Assembly (NCBI GenBank): GCA_020184695.1
Contig: JAANOX010000151.1
Location: forward strand, 28,964 to 92,963
DNA from: Histomonas meleagridis 2922-C6/04-290x
Lineage: Eukaryota; Protista; Parabasalia
DNA: 64,000 nt
Direction of reading: 5' to 3'
How positions within the stretch are numbered: the first letter of the stretch is position 1; every line of letters starts with the position of its first letter. The notes below the pieces were generated by a model. It worked only from the letters and a program-made list of their open reading frames with translations. It was not told where the DNA came from and did not search any database. Both the position numbers and the translations under genes were made by a program. This document shows, piece by piece, positions 25,501 to 31,676 of the stretch.

Positions 25501-28500
25501 TTTAACATTTGAACTGAAAATTTGATGATTTCTTCGGGGCTAACAAATTCTTTTGGAATTGTTTTTGAATATTTTGATACAGCTTTGCATAAAAAAGCAA
25601 GTTGTGAAATATTCATTTTATTTTGTGAAAAATACTCATATGTAAGATTAACAATTTCATCTGATGGTTCATATTCTTGAGATTTTATAGTTGATGAATC
25701 GTGTTGAGGTTCATCTTCATTAACATTTGATTCATTTAAATCTTGTGTTGAAATTTCACTTTCTTCTTCATTATATTCATATTCACTATCATAACTTCCA
25801 TTGTTTTCATCATCAGAATTTTCAGAAGATTTATTACTTGAAGTTTGAGAATTTTCTTCATTTTCTTTATTTTCATTGTTTTGATTTGAAATAATAATCT
25901 GATATAATTGATTTTCATCCTGATTATTTTCATTATCGTCTTGTTGTTTATTGCGATTATAACTGTTCATTAAAATTTTAATTAATTCTTTTTGTTCTTG
26001 TTCTGTTAATCCTTCTAATTGATCTTCAAGTACAATTACATCAAATCTATTAAGAAAAGCTGGTGAAATTAAATGAATTTTTTCTATATCACATGTACAT
26101 ATTAATTTAAAGTTTGGATTAATTAAAATTTGACTTTCTTGTGGATTTTCTGGTATATAAAATATTTTATCCTTTCCATCATATTTTTGATCAAGAAGAC
26201 TATTTAAACGTTCTGTAACTGTAGCTGGTGCTTCATCAATAGAATCAAGAATAGCACAATTTCCATTTTTAATAGCTTCCGTTAAAAATCCTGGTTTCCA
26301 TGTGATTAATTCTTGATCTGCATCTGCGTTCTCAATTGGCTTTTGTTTACCAATTAAATCAGAACATTTTGTTTCGTCTGTACAAACACAGAAAAATTCT
26401 TTGGTGTTATTTTGTTTTTTATTGTCTTTTGTATCATAATATTCTGAAACCCATCGTGCTAATTGCGTTTTACCACATCCTTCTCTTCCAGTTAAAATTA
26501 CATGTCGATGATTTTTAAATGAAAACATTATTGATTTTAATGTAGTACTTAATGTTTTATTATGAAAACATTGTGGAAAATCTGGTGGATATTCAAATTT
26601 TTTAATACTATTTGATCTTAATGAATTATATCCGTTAAGTTTTGTTTCAAGTTTTTGTCTAATATTTTTTTGATATCTTGCTCCGTATATTGTCATAATA
26701 GAATCATGTATATTTTCATCATCTGCAATCGCTCGAATTGTAGCTGCAATTTCGCGAATAGTAAAACATTGAATGTCCTTCAAAACTTCTCCTTCTTTTT
26801 GCCATGTCATATGAAAATCAACAAGTTGTTGAATAATATATTCCGAGTTAACGTTTAAATTAAATCTTTTCGCTAATCCTTGACCTATTTTCAATAATTC
26901 ATCTTTTGTAAATGATGGAAAATTAATAATTTGAAATCGTGATAAAAATTTTATTCCTAAATCTTGTCTTTTGTTCGCAAATAATCCTTTATTAGGATTT
27001 TGTGTTGCAATAAGTCGAAATTCTGAATGCATTTTTATCTCTTTTAGTGGCATTCCTGAAATTTCAACACTTATAACACCACTATCAAGTGCTTCTTCAA
27101 TACATTGTAATACTGAAGGTGATGCTAAATTAATTTCATCTAATAATAAACATTTACCTTCTGAAAATGCTTGTAAAAATGGTCCTGCTTTGACCGTAAT
27201 CCCTGACCATGAATTGGGTTCACCAACATATCTCCCTAATAAATCACTTGTTTTAGTTTCTGAACTTAAATTAAAGCGAATCATTTCTTTATTTAATAAT
27301 TTACAGACAACTTCTGCACTCAGTGTTTTAGATGTTCCTGTCGGTCCTTCAAGTAAAACTGGAATTCCTATTGATAAACAATCATAAAGTTTTAATAGAC
27401 GTTCTTTCGCTCCTTCTGTAAATATAAAGTTTTGCTTTATAAGTTCTTCTTTTTCTTTTTCTCCAAACTCAAATTGTGTTTGAAGATTTATATTTTCTTT
27501 GATTTTTTCAATAATAGAATCAATATCAATTTCTTTCTCATCAAAATATGGATCTGATAGTAAATTAAATTCTTCTGAATTTTCTTTATCATTATTATCG
27601 ATTATATCATCAATATCATCTTCTTCTTGGGGATCATTATTTGATGTTAATATTTCATTATCTTCATTAAATATAACCTGAAGATATTTAATAGCACTTT
27701 CATTGTTTTTTCTTGCTGCTCTTTGTAAATATTTAATCCCTTCTGCTTTTTTCTTTGGAAAATTTCGTCCTTCATAAAGTTCAACACCAAAATAATACAT
27801 ATCTTCAGCATCTCCTTCATCTGCATGCCTCTTTTTATCTATAAGTTCTTGTGTTAAAACATTTTGATATGCCTTAATTTTCATTATATATTTTTGATAA
27901 TTAATTTCATCTTGTACTTGAGTTTCTTTAGAAACATTTTGAAGTATTGCTTTGATTTCAGAAAATGTTGGTCTTGAAGTTGGTTCTGTTGATAAGCATT
28001 GTTGAATAAGAGAATAATATTTATCAATAGAAATAGTAATAAATGGAACTGTAAATTGTGAAATTGATTGATATAATTCTTCTTCTTCAATACCATTAAC
28101 TAAAAATATTTCAAAATTCATTGTAAGAAGTTGTAACATGATTATTCCAAATGAATACACATCTGATTTTTGCGTGTAATCATTAGAACGAAGAATTTCA
28201 GGTGCCATATAAATTAGAACTTTATCATCTTCGTGATTTTGATAATCATTGGGAAAAATTAAATAATACATCAGATCTGTAATAATTGGCTCAAAATTAT
28301 CATTTAGAAAAATATTGAATGATGTTAATCGACCATGAATTAAGTTTGCTTCATGTAACGACTCCATAAAAGAAGATATTCCTAATAATATTTTATTGAA
28401 GGGATTCCACCCTTCTGGAATAAATCCGTTCTCGAGAATTTTTATAAAATTATATAAAGAACCATTTGAATAAAACGGTGATAAAATATAACCATCTTTT

Positions 28501-28733
28501 GATGGTTCAGGTTCTGAGATATGAACAATACGTCCAATATATTGATGAGTAAATTCATTGTATTTATTATATATTTCTTGAAATGATGTAATTCCTTGAG
28601 GAATGGTTCTCAGAACGAATTTATCATCTGTAAGTTTGCTTTTAAACATCAATGTTTTGGATTGACTGCTATTATGATTAGTTATTTCTTGTATTTTCTC
28701 ATACTCATTCAGATATTCGTCTTGAGCTAACAT
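10536..28733 (-). CDS. Giant multidomain protein: pseudokinase + Sel1 + six midasin/dynein-related AAA+ modules + long linker + three VWA domains with an intervening alpha/beta domain
   Basis: Uninterrupted 6065-aa ORF. Walker A motifs GPTGTSKT (27324-27347), GREGCGKT (26466-26489), GPTGAGKT (25311-25334), GNSGFKT (24318-24338), GQPGQGKE (23160-23183), GNTASGKS (22224-22247). VWA motifs DCSSF..TDG, DPSIS..TDG, DCSGS..TDG. Kinase-fold motifs YMAPE, KSDVYSFG, RPTF. Confidence 0.88.
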   Translation of the reverse strand: MLAQDEYLNEYEKIQEITNHNSSQSKTLMFKSKLTDDKFVLRTIPQGITSFQEIYNKYNEFTHQYIGRIVHISEPEPSKDGYILSPFYSNGSLYNFIKILENGFIPEGWNPFNKILLGISSFMESLHEANLIHGRLTSFNIFLNDNFEPIITDLMYYLIFPNDYQNHEDDKVLIYMAPEILRSNDYTQKSDVYSFGIIMLQLLTMNFEIFLVNGIEEEELYQSISQFTVPFITISIDKYYSLIQQCLSTEPTSRPTFSEIKAILQNVSKETQVQDEINYQKYIMKIKAYQNVLTQELIDKKRHADEGDAEDMYYFGVELYEGRNFPKKKAEGIKYLQRAARKNNESAIKYLQVIFNEDNEILTSNNDPQEEDDIDDIIDNNDKENSEEFNLLSDPYFDEKEIDIDSIIEKIKENINLQTQFEFGEKEKEELIKQNFIFTEGAKERLLKLYDCLSIGIPVLLEGPTGTSKTLSAEVVCKLLNKEMIRFNLSSETKTSDLLGRYVGEPNSWSGITVKAGPFLQAFSEGKCLLLDEINLASPSVLQCIEEALDSGVISVEISGMPLKEIKMHSEFRLIATQNPNKGLFANKRQDLGIKFLSRFQIINFPSFTKDELLKIGQGLAKRFNLNVNSEYIIQQLVDFHMTWQKEGEVLKDIQCFTIREIAATIRAIADDENIHDSIMTIYGARYQKNIRQKLETKLNGYNSLRSNSIKKFEYPPDFPQCFHNKTLSTTLKSIMFSFKNHRHVILTGREGCGKTQLARWVSEYYDTKDNKKQNNTKEFFCVCTDETKCSDLIGKQKPIENADADQELITWKPGFLTEAIKNGNCAILDSIDEAPATVTERLNSLLDQKYDGKDKIFYIPENPQESQILINPNFKLICTCDIEKIHLISPAFLNRFDVIVLEDQLEGLTEQEQKELIKILMNSYNRNKQQDDNENNQDENQLYQIIISNQNNENKENEENSQTSSNKSSENSDDENNGSYDSEYEYNEEESEISTQDLNESNVNEDEPQHDSSTIKSQEYEPSDEIVNLTYEYFSQNKMNISQLAFLCKAVSKYSKTIPKEFVSPEEIIKFSVQMLNRTEDFQLNETIREYLIHELKESDDNQFFFKNSKPLSEFIAKIYAASLIGLPVCVSGPTGAGKTSAARAFSKIRPIKSERENGFQMHSFHSGTKPSHFYGTTTIKKGKVYFYDGPLTLSMMEGLTFIADEMNLSSSECMKSLAPALEPSKGKRIFISGVGESIPFNEEFFFIACQNELGTIGRNAIPDSISSRFRYFTYPKQEKEDISNICVEILNSCYKDAKPTLINEENAKRIGEYMIELNKLKQNIIPQWSLRDITKLFIRIHRQDMNPENYYQNLTFYHHILFYTLSPVSDIEIDKIIDDILNLIVGEFSIKDKRQELKNCYISKPTITKINGESFIMKGNTGISFEVFPSKMKTESLTKKHKSLLNCAFKLLLSDITEPILLMGNSGFKTFLAQQFLMEAKVITLNQETTISQLLGSSSFFTDIESRLFYLENICKICQINKYQELKNKLLNKTLKEKDITDLIKDIMNIIPKSFKYAVNHLIKKLFAKEKENNCVISNITLEFRPGLFLTAILERKSLILKNLSNLPTIVLERFNELLSGNHNLTLNEDIHNTFTSKKNKEITDFNQSFRIIATCPANSPVKLSEAVLSRFTVISVPEYQQKEQKSVLKNYIRINKLKCSDLEIDFIQDISTEFEEKFQKQFTFPQMLKAIEMLNKFPHETNSSKVSINLGLIIYRLCSGLLEHQKQREKLFELFKLKIKLPELLEDFNENPFILCEENGYQGLKSKITGLFIKSTNNRNIEFTGKFTEMLDVLQLGIFTHIPVIFEGQPGQGKETAINYIGNSLGYEVVNIIISQSTKVDDLLGRITINRDNENKIHVNMIETKLVKAIKSNETKIIIVFHNINNASPAVLELMVNIFDTNQKHVLLPNGTTIDKGEMNLIAIFDPQNGFSNRYRLPSSLIISSIYHIVFNPTKEDISNIIAKQFSTYQFCNEASKFYEYFLKTNRICNKFNLNQNLTLNDISKYILFRNITYKCFKKIIISQMIFAYRFTQEEDIQQVLTSLQMKDMKFNPVFKYDSNELIICLTGDNKHVIKIPIETKNINQEEIQANIKSLTLAQKHCLLFLAFSYLTNRACVIQGNTASGKSHIVRLFTKMIGRKLNVYQMNADTGISALIGQSILDNSLTREDIHLLKQTIAKLSEFDQFKEYIEENINENPKYWTPKIFKDLLELIKKNSLKDFDEYKQNFIQTAVRDIKNVIQPANRFHHVDSTIVKAIQNGEIILIDGIESAPTVIAEKISSLCGDDPELNLYECGQDYYFTKNGKPNSKPIHKDFRLIIIYNPTSTNENKMIDQSFLNKCVSFTLPQIDSREEYSAQILYGSLVKNLYPELSIQIGARMALMHSFAKHVSDNNRDLFAGDITFTGRTLKYIILNFIQQQKENKENYIRDIYLPICKSIKIYCNSLIDQGDKRLQFQNDLIDYFANNPSQNLIKSIDSSNLKERCKEILEFIRQIQMYIRNKTPFDNFLFNNFVKNCKFIQINDIESIQKHIKKTIEMINNFINKKQIRKDETKLYCGKFYLINIIYKIFEEIMEGFKQIRVQTISNYKLQDEDLLSYESIQKPILRFHLLTKLVEEDSYFTKYIPFELIRKGMFNIINIIDEMANEQKLETFDKFISNLKKNKKLIPTIESIFPYNKFISTSFQYICYWLPLIRILHEKKIHFSIEIKGKTYKFNYKNLKNKINPIFVFNEENSLLLSPQTKINYGKKYISLINNNNNIGSDLYEKLNQATYMLCKEFSLNQLRMNEDNIKESANKYIKSGAENPRKNQFGSLSLLFNLYFKKHQQTPMISKLWTLIYTFSSEDIQKLIKYLHPLESEILNDLSIILSKIETYENLNKIIDFTKSLISFGSPNSILWRIKINFYEHRQIMNETDAKNEISQIENEIKIINNVDKTFWNPNDYIQLLEKSKIPLKELIIQFCKDDEKKLIRSNIESLSEKLKDIEIQNREIKSIKDQIITRLINVSDQNITEKYYKLCERMVNKLLEYIKHGESLNFHSIEWPTYTPLGSTNGTNTRQMKIYENIVWYSKIHRKFMEIIDVNNSNIFETIMDLNEFPEMESVHKYLISCIFNNPNSNGNMKDTDFDIISSTLNAAFLYKMHQDNVDSEILKLDKILNDLANRNEVTEGEIKWAHDIGRKTEINFEIILPKFKPMDLIFMFINFINENEVQNGLFIQNCNKNEIIDSLKFIRHQNFRKFSKCAIEVAKSIYRNLYDFNFQAPNDIFEFKESIREKVADRKDSEQELLSSILYMFEIAERFDNIQEYQLEFPDIIFLEDNWMKNKEYINKNPSLIYWLCRNQKCAKQLQKLYSSQINKIKSQKNKMPFWIFVLRLISPINIISLDFNNPTTTNKIISEELHKSILKKIKERLNNQEIGTKWLNLLLSAVPHEFIDQDIGLLYSLWRSLSEDNIKLNEVLNQQKHNIIKEFINEIVNLTFDNNINDIINSKTNSKNETLKFIIDPNKYVKEKIKINTINKFKEIKTKEPSIKLLEFLEVQKSDFPKFVESFTQTIAEALNNIKKEHYENERNKKIKELKKKVSSYEKLFNMPDDKILQTNIDKAYQAIKGYNKLFDKSSSNKKTLIKTIPCHTDLLDIPSEYYPIAENINYEEFFPNESFKQFDPQIFIGSYNCCEFTKLLVEFKQKMRSIKDLFNAFENLENLNETILAIPRELYKSIKALQNSNVIILDSSNYKAEIQTEISKLNETLDQFLGYIDNFINIINDVEKYWNDVYQNKLPKMFSILYNIPFPSLISEKNIPSFRNIADSNFFSIPILSVSSNNKIICCFKSLNCPIGPIIPSLYEEKIFINFISFIDKSFSINVITNQEEYSDIFNANYNIKRGEVVHLPVPFPSLINNDKTEIEIQTEIHFTSQTYNELILPCKFNFILVPLSLLIKCEEYDLSYKDGRYQLCCQEALTNSTITFKFKNYYLEEKMNYETNIESLEGNTSDKPQIEPNEDQVTIKLPSASKMSRFHCNFYLKFSANLEICIHMDLLLVPFDFKFEIYDFSNKKFADKELILYYSEEVKEFQLRCRILSKLWIGKQNGNFDCNLPYGTNIPVIPEIFIQQKFDFDIIIKIDPQNLNNVNSNSNCKYYIMIESRNMKKMIYVKFQEAPKSVLYSKDSRNTKNIIPYNKKLDEDIMKRFPILAFYEEKWEKITINNQLDLTKVSCLITPFGFELETNPKISYNDDIINVSKGEITYVHGCKEGSYEKNNDPQYKRFNHDYFPIIGFDKKEQWFPAFTIYPEIDQDLDELEPKNENIEKATEILTKIKSQFAVKKYTDLKNVQLRKRDFSNFIFMLILKTRKKMYNIYNLIKILPNELQEMLQNQNMFSIPKGIQKKDLILKVYACNYIFKFYKIFKERYESLEKRNFMLYQAPSNEQIKEEMQKLRNEYFEIKQSAINNSDTIIYNRNVYIERDYNEKKQLLTQIPTEDSRSKCYLLTEFKKPEKKDNFDERDIIKPIIINQDTSIDSNELQIELPKISIPEDSNNETISSLIQFYQTCTQGAKVLPIHIRNLKMSSKTVDLKSTQEYFSKLTQIYRELPLKDHSFLSPYINDFSESFELTTSKLSRAGVDFSQINLPRKVIKASRRISKEFIQLPQKKPIFIEQRNWENTEKQKYDTKAINIFNSNELFVTETKTRTESKFESKLLDIQEKKENDNSIVYEQQNIQKFSEINYKNIINENQNVINKEKESEDINENNENNDSGKDFYIYDNQKTTKGGIETEQFDGITSQFTEMDGIERVINRMKSMENEEDNVIQKSNGYNIRNELLIPKSNNYTIKDLIQQSYYLSSLFVKVASDCTIPYSNICANILVDCSSFISDENKIFNMLIICALTCALSSMEIPYSVILIADERFKCVIKSFEENHSYIILQRILDCILIKRYRTNLINSVQFAIDSIPKSILETRPNVAFFTFTDGIDENLVRTKVWAKLLSNPNFSYGFIFIKSKQLKGENLEFIEEKWHNFENETKEYKAQSLIIVTPIQAEFNEEIDNSLLNMFADVMERKESQQLPPKYKEITLAEIPEDIPELKDINHFESLLKNVDFTKLEGIYSGRTNVLNTVNNHVNQLEMSHYRNKTNKIISISKMNDKKEFETFLHDFIEIKRIHNSSLETVFKPNKASQSVLSSTGTDFDITALILNILNPVPDPLIYLVEKGGLKRNYDVTIIIDPSISCFNELSEAHTIQTIRNLLSILTNIDLPCFNLIIAGSPAPNILCSGINTFEALNIKSPLWESLFSILKNPKTNIDLASAIHTAFDLKRLQSTDHSSLLFIITDGLYQQNERKLIIEEVNLCVQYGINTIGIGVGIYPKGIENLFSQVVYSPNPLSLLRTIASLFSDDSLDKLDEIRLIHGSEPNQMEMHKIIEDLIRNQNNLSPFSELKKELHDIIPTLDAFSDFYNEEKDVGNAEKGFINPTGPNTEMYTKNLLEGQKILIVMLWSNELSGKEKKYVNPKYIFEPKDGQTECIKTAVEYFGIEIKVVLNYYDAIQELTKQTTQGFCDYYATWVICGPPYPILPQQNNPHADPNLVGQFIDVLILYWQNGGSIVFWAEGDPLHYQVNLFLQKARFKELEDKCSELRIGGEHKGGKILFGDETGGLSKPQSFNRNPKVFKEIQRFPLAHNLGKIFEGITISYVQDESKMSPFIPFSRDSSGGISSLFYPSHVTCDYGDIIIDCGFTKCFTKMNKDGTFKYIQNIAGWTARPEVHSRDKNIKPKYWRPKAVIYTVHEGIKWNGFSDIIKHRLFAIDCSGSVRGNIFYHSELRKIIENEYKPGDKIFIWSNLEHLQEKTRSQMEDFMNNKYGNEGTYSDLIADIVVTAGENYHDHLIIVTDGEVPFETVQAGDEKMKANKIKFKHVTTYLINNKSNEVNLSVGAPYSRSCPNETYLINAPDVKQKQVSLMKKDLDALNEIGNISTYQQFIENYKLLEEAIQAKTVGTKGDGQLQNDLDLMKQRIMDSNDEYDENEFQEKWNVLFNMASGAL

Positions 28734-29537
28734 TTAAAAAAAATGCCAAACATCACAACAAAGCTTAACGTACCATGACATAGCCACTTTTACCGATATA
28801 CTCGCATTCAAAAAGTTACAGTGTCAAAATAATGTACGATTAAAATCAATTGAAAATATCGAGAATTAACTAAATATTTGCTAGCGAGTATATACTCAAA
28901 AAGTGCATTAGTGACAAAACTAGAAGGTGCATTTACAAGTGAAAATCTTTAAATTTTTTAATTGAAACAAATTAGACTGGCTTGAAAAACTTGTAGACTG
29001 ACAACTTAATATAGCCCACGCCTACAATTTGGCATTATTCGTAGAGAACATTTATTAATATATATTTAATAGTTTTTTTCGATTTAATTTTGTAATTTTC
29101 GCAATATTCCTATTTTCACTCACTTCACCATTTAAAGTTAACACTAAAAAATCTTTTTTCTCGGTTTTCTTTGCTTATTTGAATTAATTCATGTTTTTGG
29201 GACTAAATATATGCATATAGAATTAGAAAAAGCTAGTCCATGCTTGGAGTTCTTTTTGAAAGAATTGGGCAAAATCATATTAAATGCATAAAACGAACTT
29301 TTTATATTAGACGTGTTTGGCCGATAGACTTCAACGACCGTTATACAATGGAACTTTTTGAAAATAACGATAGATATGGTTTGCTTACAAAAAGTCGTTT
29401 ACATCACGCTGGGTCATTTAATGTCAAAAATTCCTTCTTTCATGGCATTAATATCAAAGCCTACTCGTGTGCCACTCGAATTGCTTGATTTAAATTTGCA
29501 TGAATATCTCCAAATTATTAATCTAAAAAATAACATT

Positions 29538-30236
29538 TCACCAATATTCAACCGCGCTTAATTGAATAATTTGTTCTTTCCCTTTTGATTCGGTTAAATA
29601 CTTATCAAAACTCTCAGAAATTTTTTGTTGAATTAATTCAGAATAGTCAGGATTCCTCTTACAAAACTCGAGTACAAGTTTTCTTCTTTCTTCGGCAATT
29701 CTTTCACGCTTTGCTAATGTTTTAAGGAAATCTCTTGGTAAATATGTAGATATTCCATCTGGCTCATCACCAAATGGAACCACAAGAGGACAAAAATCTG
29801 AGGGATCCATTAAGCTTGATGAAGCACCGGATTCATTGATTGGGTAATTCCAAAAATTTTTACCTGTAGGTAAAACAAATTTTGAAGCAGCATTATAGGG
29901 AGCAATAACAATGTTGTAAGAACCTTCAGAGACGATGGGTTGTGTATTTACGTATAGATATAAGTTGATATGGTGTGATTTTGATACTCTAATTGATTGA
30001 GAATATGATGTTACTTTGACTTGGCTAGACCTATCAATTGTAACAATGTTTGCACTGCAAATAAAAATCAAGCTATCAGTACAATGTTTAATGATTATTG
30101 TATCAATTGGTTTTACAATGTATATATAAGAATTTTTGCAATTTTGTATTTCGATAGCATTTGAAGAATTTGATTTTACGCATATTGTTTTTGATTGGAC
30201 ATTTGCGATTTCTAGTGCTTTGGGTGTTTCTTCCAT
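29538..30236 (-). CDS. TBCC (C-CAP/cofactor C-like) domain protein, TBCCD1/RP2-like
   Basis: Beta-helix repeats IEIQNCKNSYIYI / IIIKHCTDSLIFI, followed by QPIV....NIVIAPYN...KNFWNYP as in TBCC-domain proteins. Confidence 0.75.
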   Translation of the reverse strand: MEETPKALEIANVQSKTICVKSNSSNAIEIQNCKNSYIYIVKPIDTIIIKHCTDSLIFICSANIVTIDRSSQVKVTSYSQSIRVSKSHHINLYLYVNTQPIVSEGSYNIVIAPYNAASKFVLPTGKNFWNYPINESGASSSLMDPSDFCPLVVPFGDEPDGISTYLPRDFLKTLAKRERIAEERRKLVLEFCKRNPDYSELIQQKISESFDKYLTESKGKEQIIQLSAVEYW

Positions 30237-30565
30237 TTAAAAATTTAAACGTGCGCGCTTAACGTGTTGTTTGTTTAAATATTCAAAAAGTGTGTTTTTG
30301 GTGTGCACACCTTTATAATTATTTGTAATAAATCATGAAAGAACTTTAATAATAATGTTTGTCCGATAAATTTCAATAAAGATCCCGAGAATGCATGTAT
30401 TCTCTTTTCTTTTTTCCCCAAAAGCACTGCTGCATTTTTTGCACAACGTTGAAAAATGGAAATAACAATCAAAAAATTTAACGTTGCCCATGACTGATCA
30501 TAATGACTATATTCTTATATAATATAAACCAGTTAATGTTCTAACAATAATTTATGATTTATTTT

Positions 30566-31522
30566 TTATTTATTAAGTATTTCGTTTATGAATGAATCTA
30601 AAGCTTCTTCATAAGCCTTTGTTTCTTTATAATAACTTTCACTATGTGCAGCACCTTTCACAATCAATTTCATCTTTTTAGAGGCAATGTTCTCATAAAT
30701 TTCTTCTCCCATTGATAATGGAACGAATTCATCATTTTCGCCATGGATTAATAAAATTGGAACTTTCGCTTTCCTAACTTCAATCGCCGAATTACAATCA
30801 GACATTCCATACCCGGCGAATCTTTTGTTTATAATGTTCGAAATTTGGATAATTGGAAATGATGGAATATGATATTTTGTATTGAGAACATATTTAAACA
30901 TTTCTGCAGCAGAAGTAAATGCGCAATCGGAAATGATTCCTTTGACTTGTGGTGGAAGATCCAGACCGCTGGCCATAAGAACAGTGGCGCCGCCCATTGA
31001 TATTCCATGTAGAAATATATTAATTGAATCTCCAAATTTGTTTATTGTCCAAGTGATCCATTGTAAAGCATCATAACGATCCATGCAACCAAAGCCAACA
31101 TATTTCCCTTCACTTTGACCATGCGCTCGTTCATCAACAAGTAACATTCGAAAACCATGTGTTAAATAATAGTTTGATATGCTTGTATAATCAGTGATGC
31201 CTTGACTAGAGTAACCATGGAAACAAATAACGATTTTAGGCCCTTCAGGTCCTTTGAAATATGTTCCATGAAGACGTAGACCATCTTGTGATTCAGTCCA
31301 AACGTCTTCGTGGGACTGATTTAACATAAAAGATCTACGCTCTGCCATCATAGGGTAGTATTTCTCCCAATCTACGCCAGACATTTTGATAACTTGTTTT
31401 TGATCAACACTTTTGCGTATCATTGTTGTTCTGTAAAAGTACGAAATTAAGGCAGCTTCAAATGCAATTAGAAGTCCGATAATTGCAATTATTATTTTGG
31501 CTGTGTTAACCATTTTGTTCAA
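30566..31522 (-). CDS. Membrane-anchored alpha/beta hydrolase (Bacillus YqkD / COG1073-like)
   Basis: N-terminal TM; CFHGY oxyanion motif; DERAHGQSEG; nucleophile GISMGG; LIHGENDEFVP (Asp); GAAHSES (His). Confidence 0.9.
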   Translation of the reverse strand: MNKMVNTAKIIIAIIGLLIAFEAALISYFYRTTMIRKSVDQKQVIKMSGVDWEKYYPMMAERRSFMLNQSHEDVWTESQDGLRLHGTYFKGPEGPKIVICFHGYSSQGITDYTSISNYYLTHGFRMLLVDERAHGQSEGKYVGFGCMDRYDALQWITWTINKFGDSINIFLHGISMGGATVLMASGLDLPPQVKGIISDCAFTSAAEMFKYVLNTKYHIPSFPIIQISNIINKRFAGYGMSDCNSAIEVRKAKVPILLIHGENDEFVPLSMGEEIYENIASKKMKLIVKGAAHSESYYKETKAYEEALDSFINEILNK

Positions 31523-31676
31523 GAGGGGACTTTATTTTTGCCAGTTAAATAACCTCATATGGGAATAAACGGTCTTGTTCCAAAAGGTTTCTCAATATTT
31601 TAACAGATACTGTTAAAAAATTGAAGTATCAAAACTTTTTAGCTTAAAATTTAACCTACAATATCTTGATACTTTT

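Noticed and set aside
11259-28096. About 20 short ORFs overlapping the giant gene on either strand
   Set aside because: Shadow frames of an AT-rich CDS with no recognisable motifs.
10536-28733. Calling the giant ORF simply midasin (MDN1/Rea1)
   Set aside because: It shares the six-AAA + VWA plan, but has a kinase-Sel1 head, three VWA domains, an extra domain and several degenerate Walker motifs. Orthology cannot be asserted without a tree.
29240-29561. Two overlapping short ORFs, possibly a transposon or gene relic
   Set aside because: No motif I can assign; not supportable without a search.
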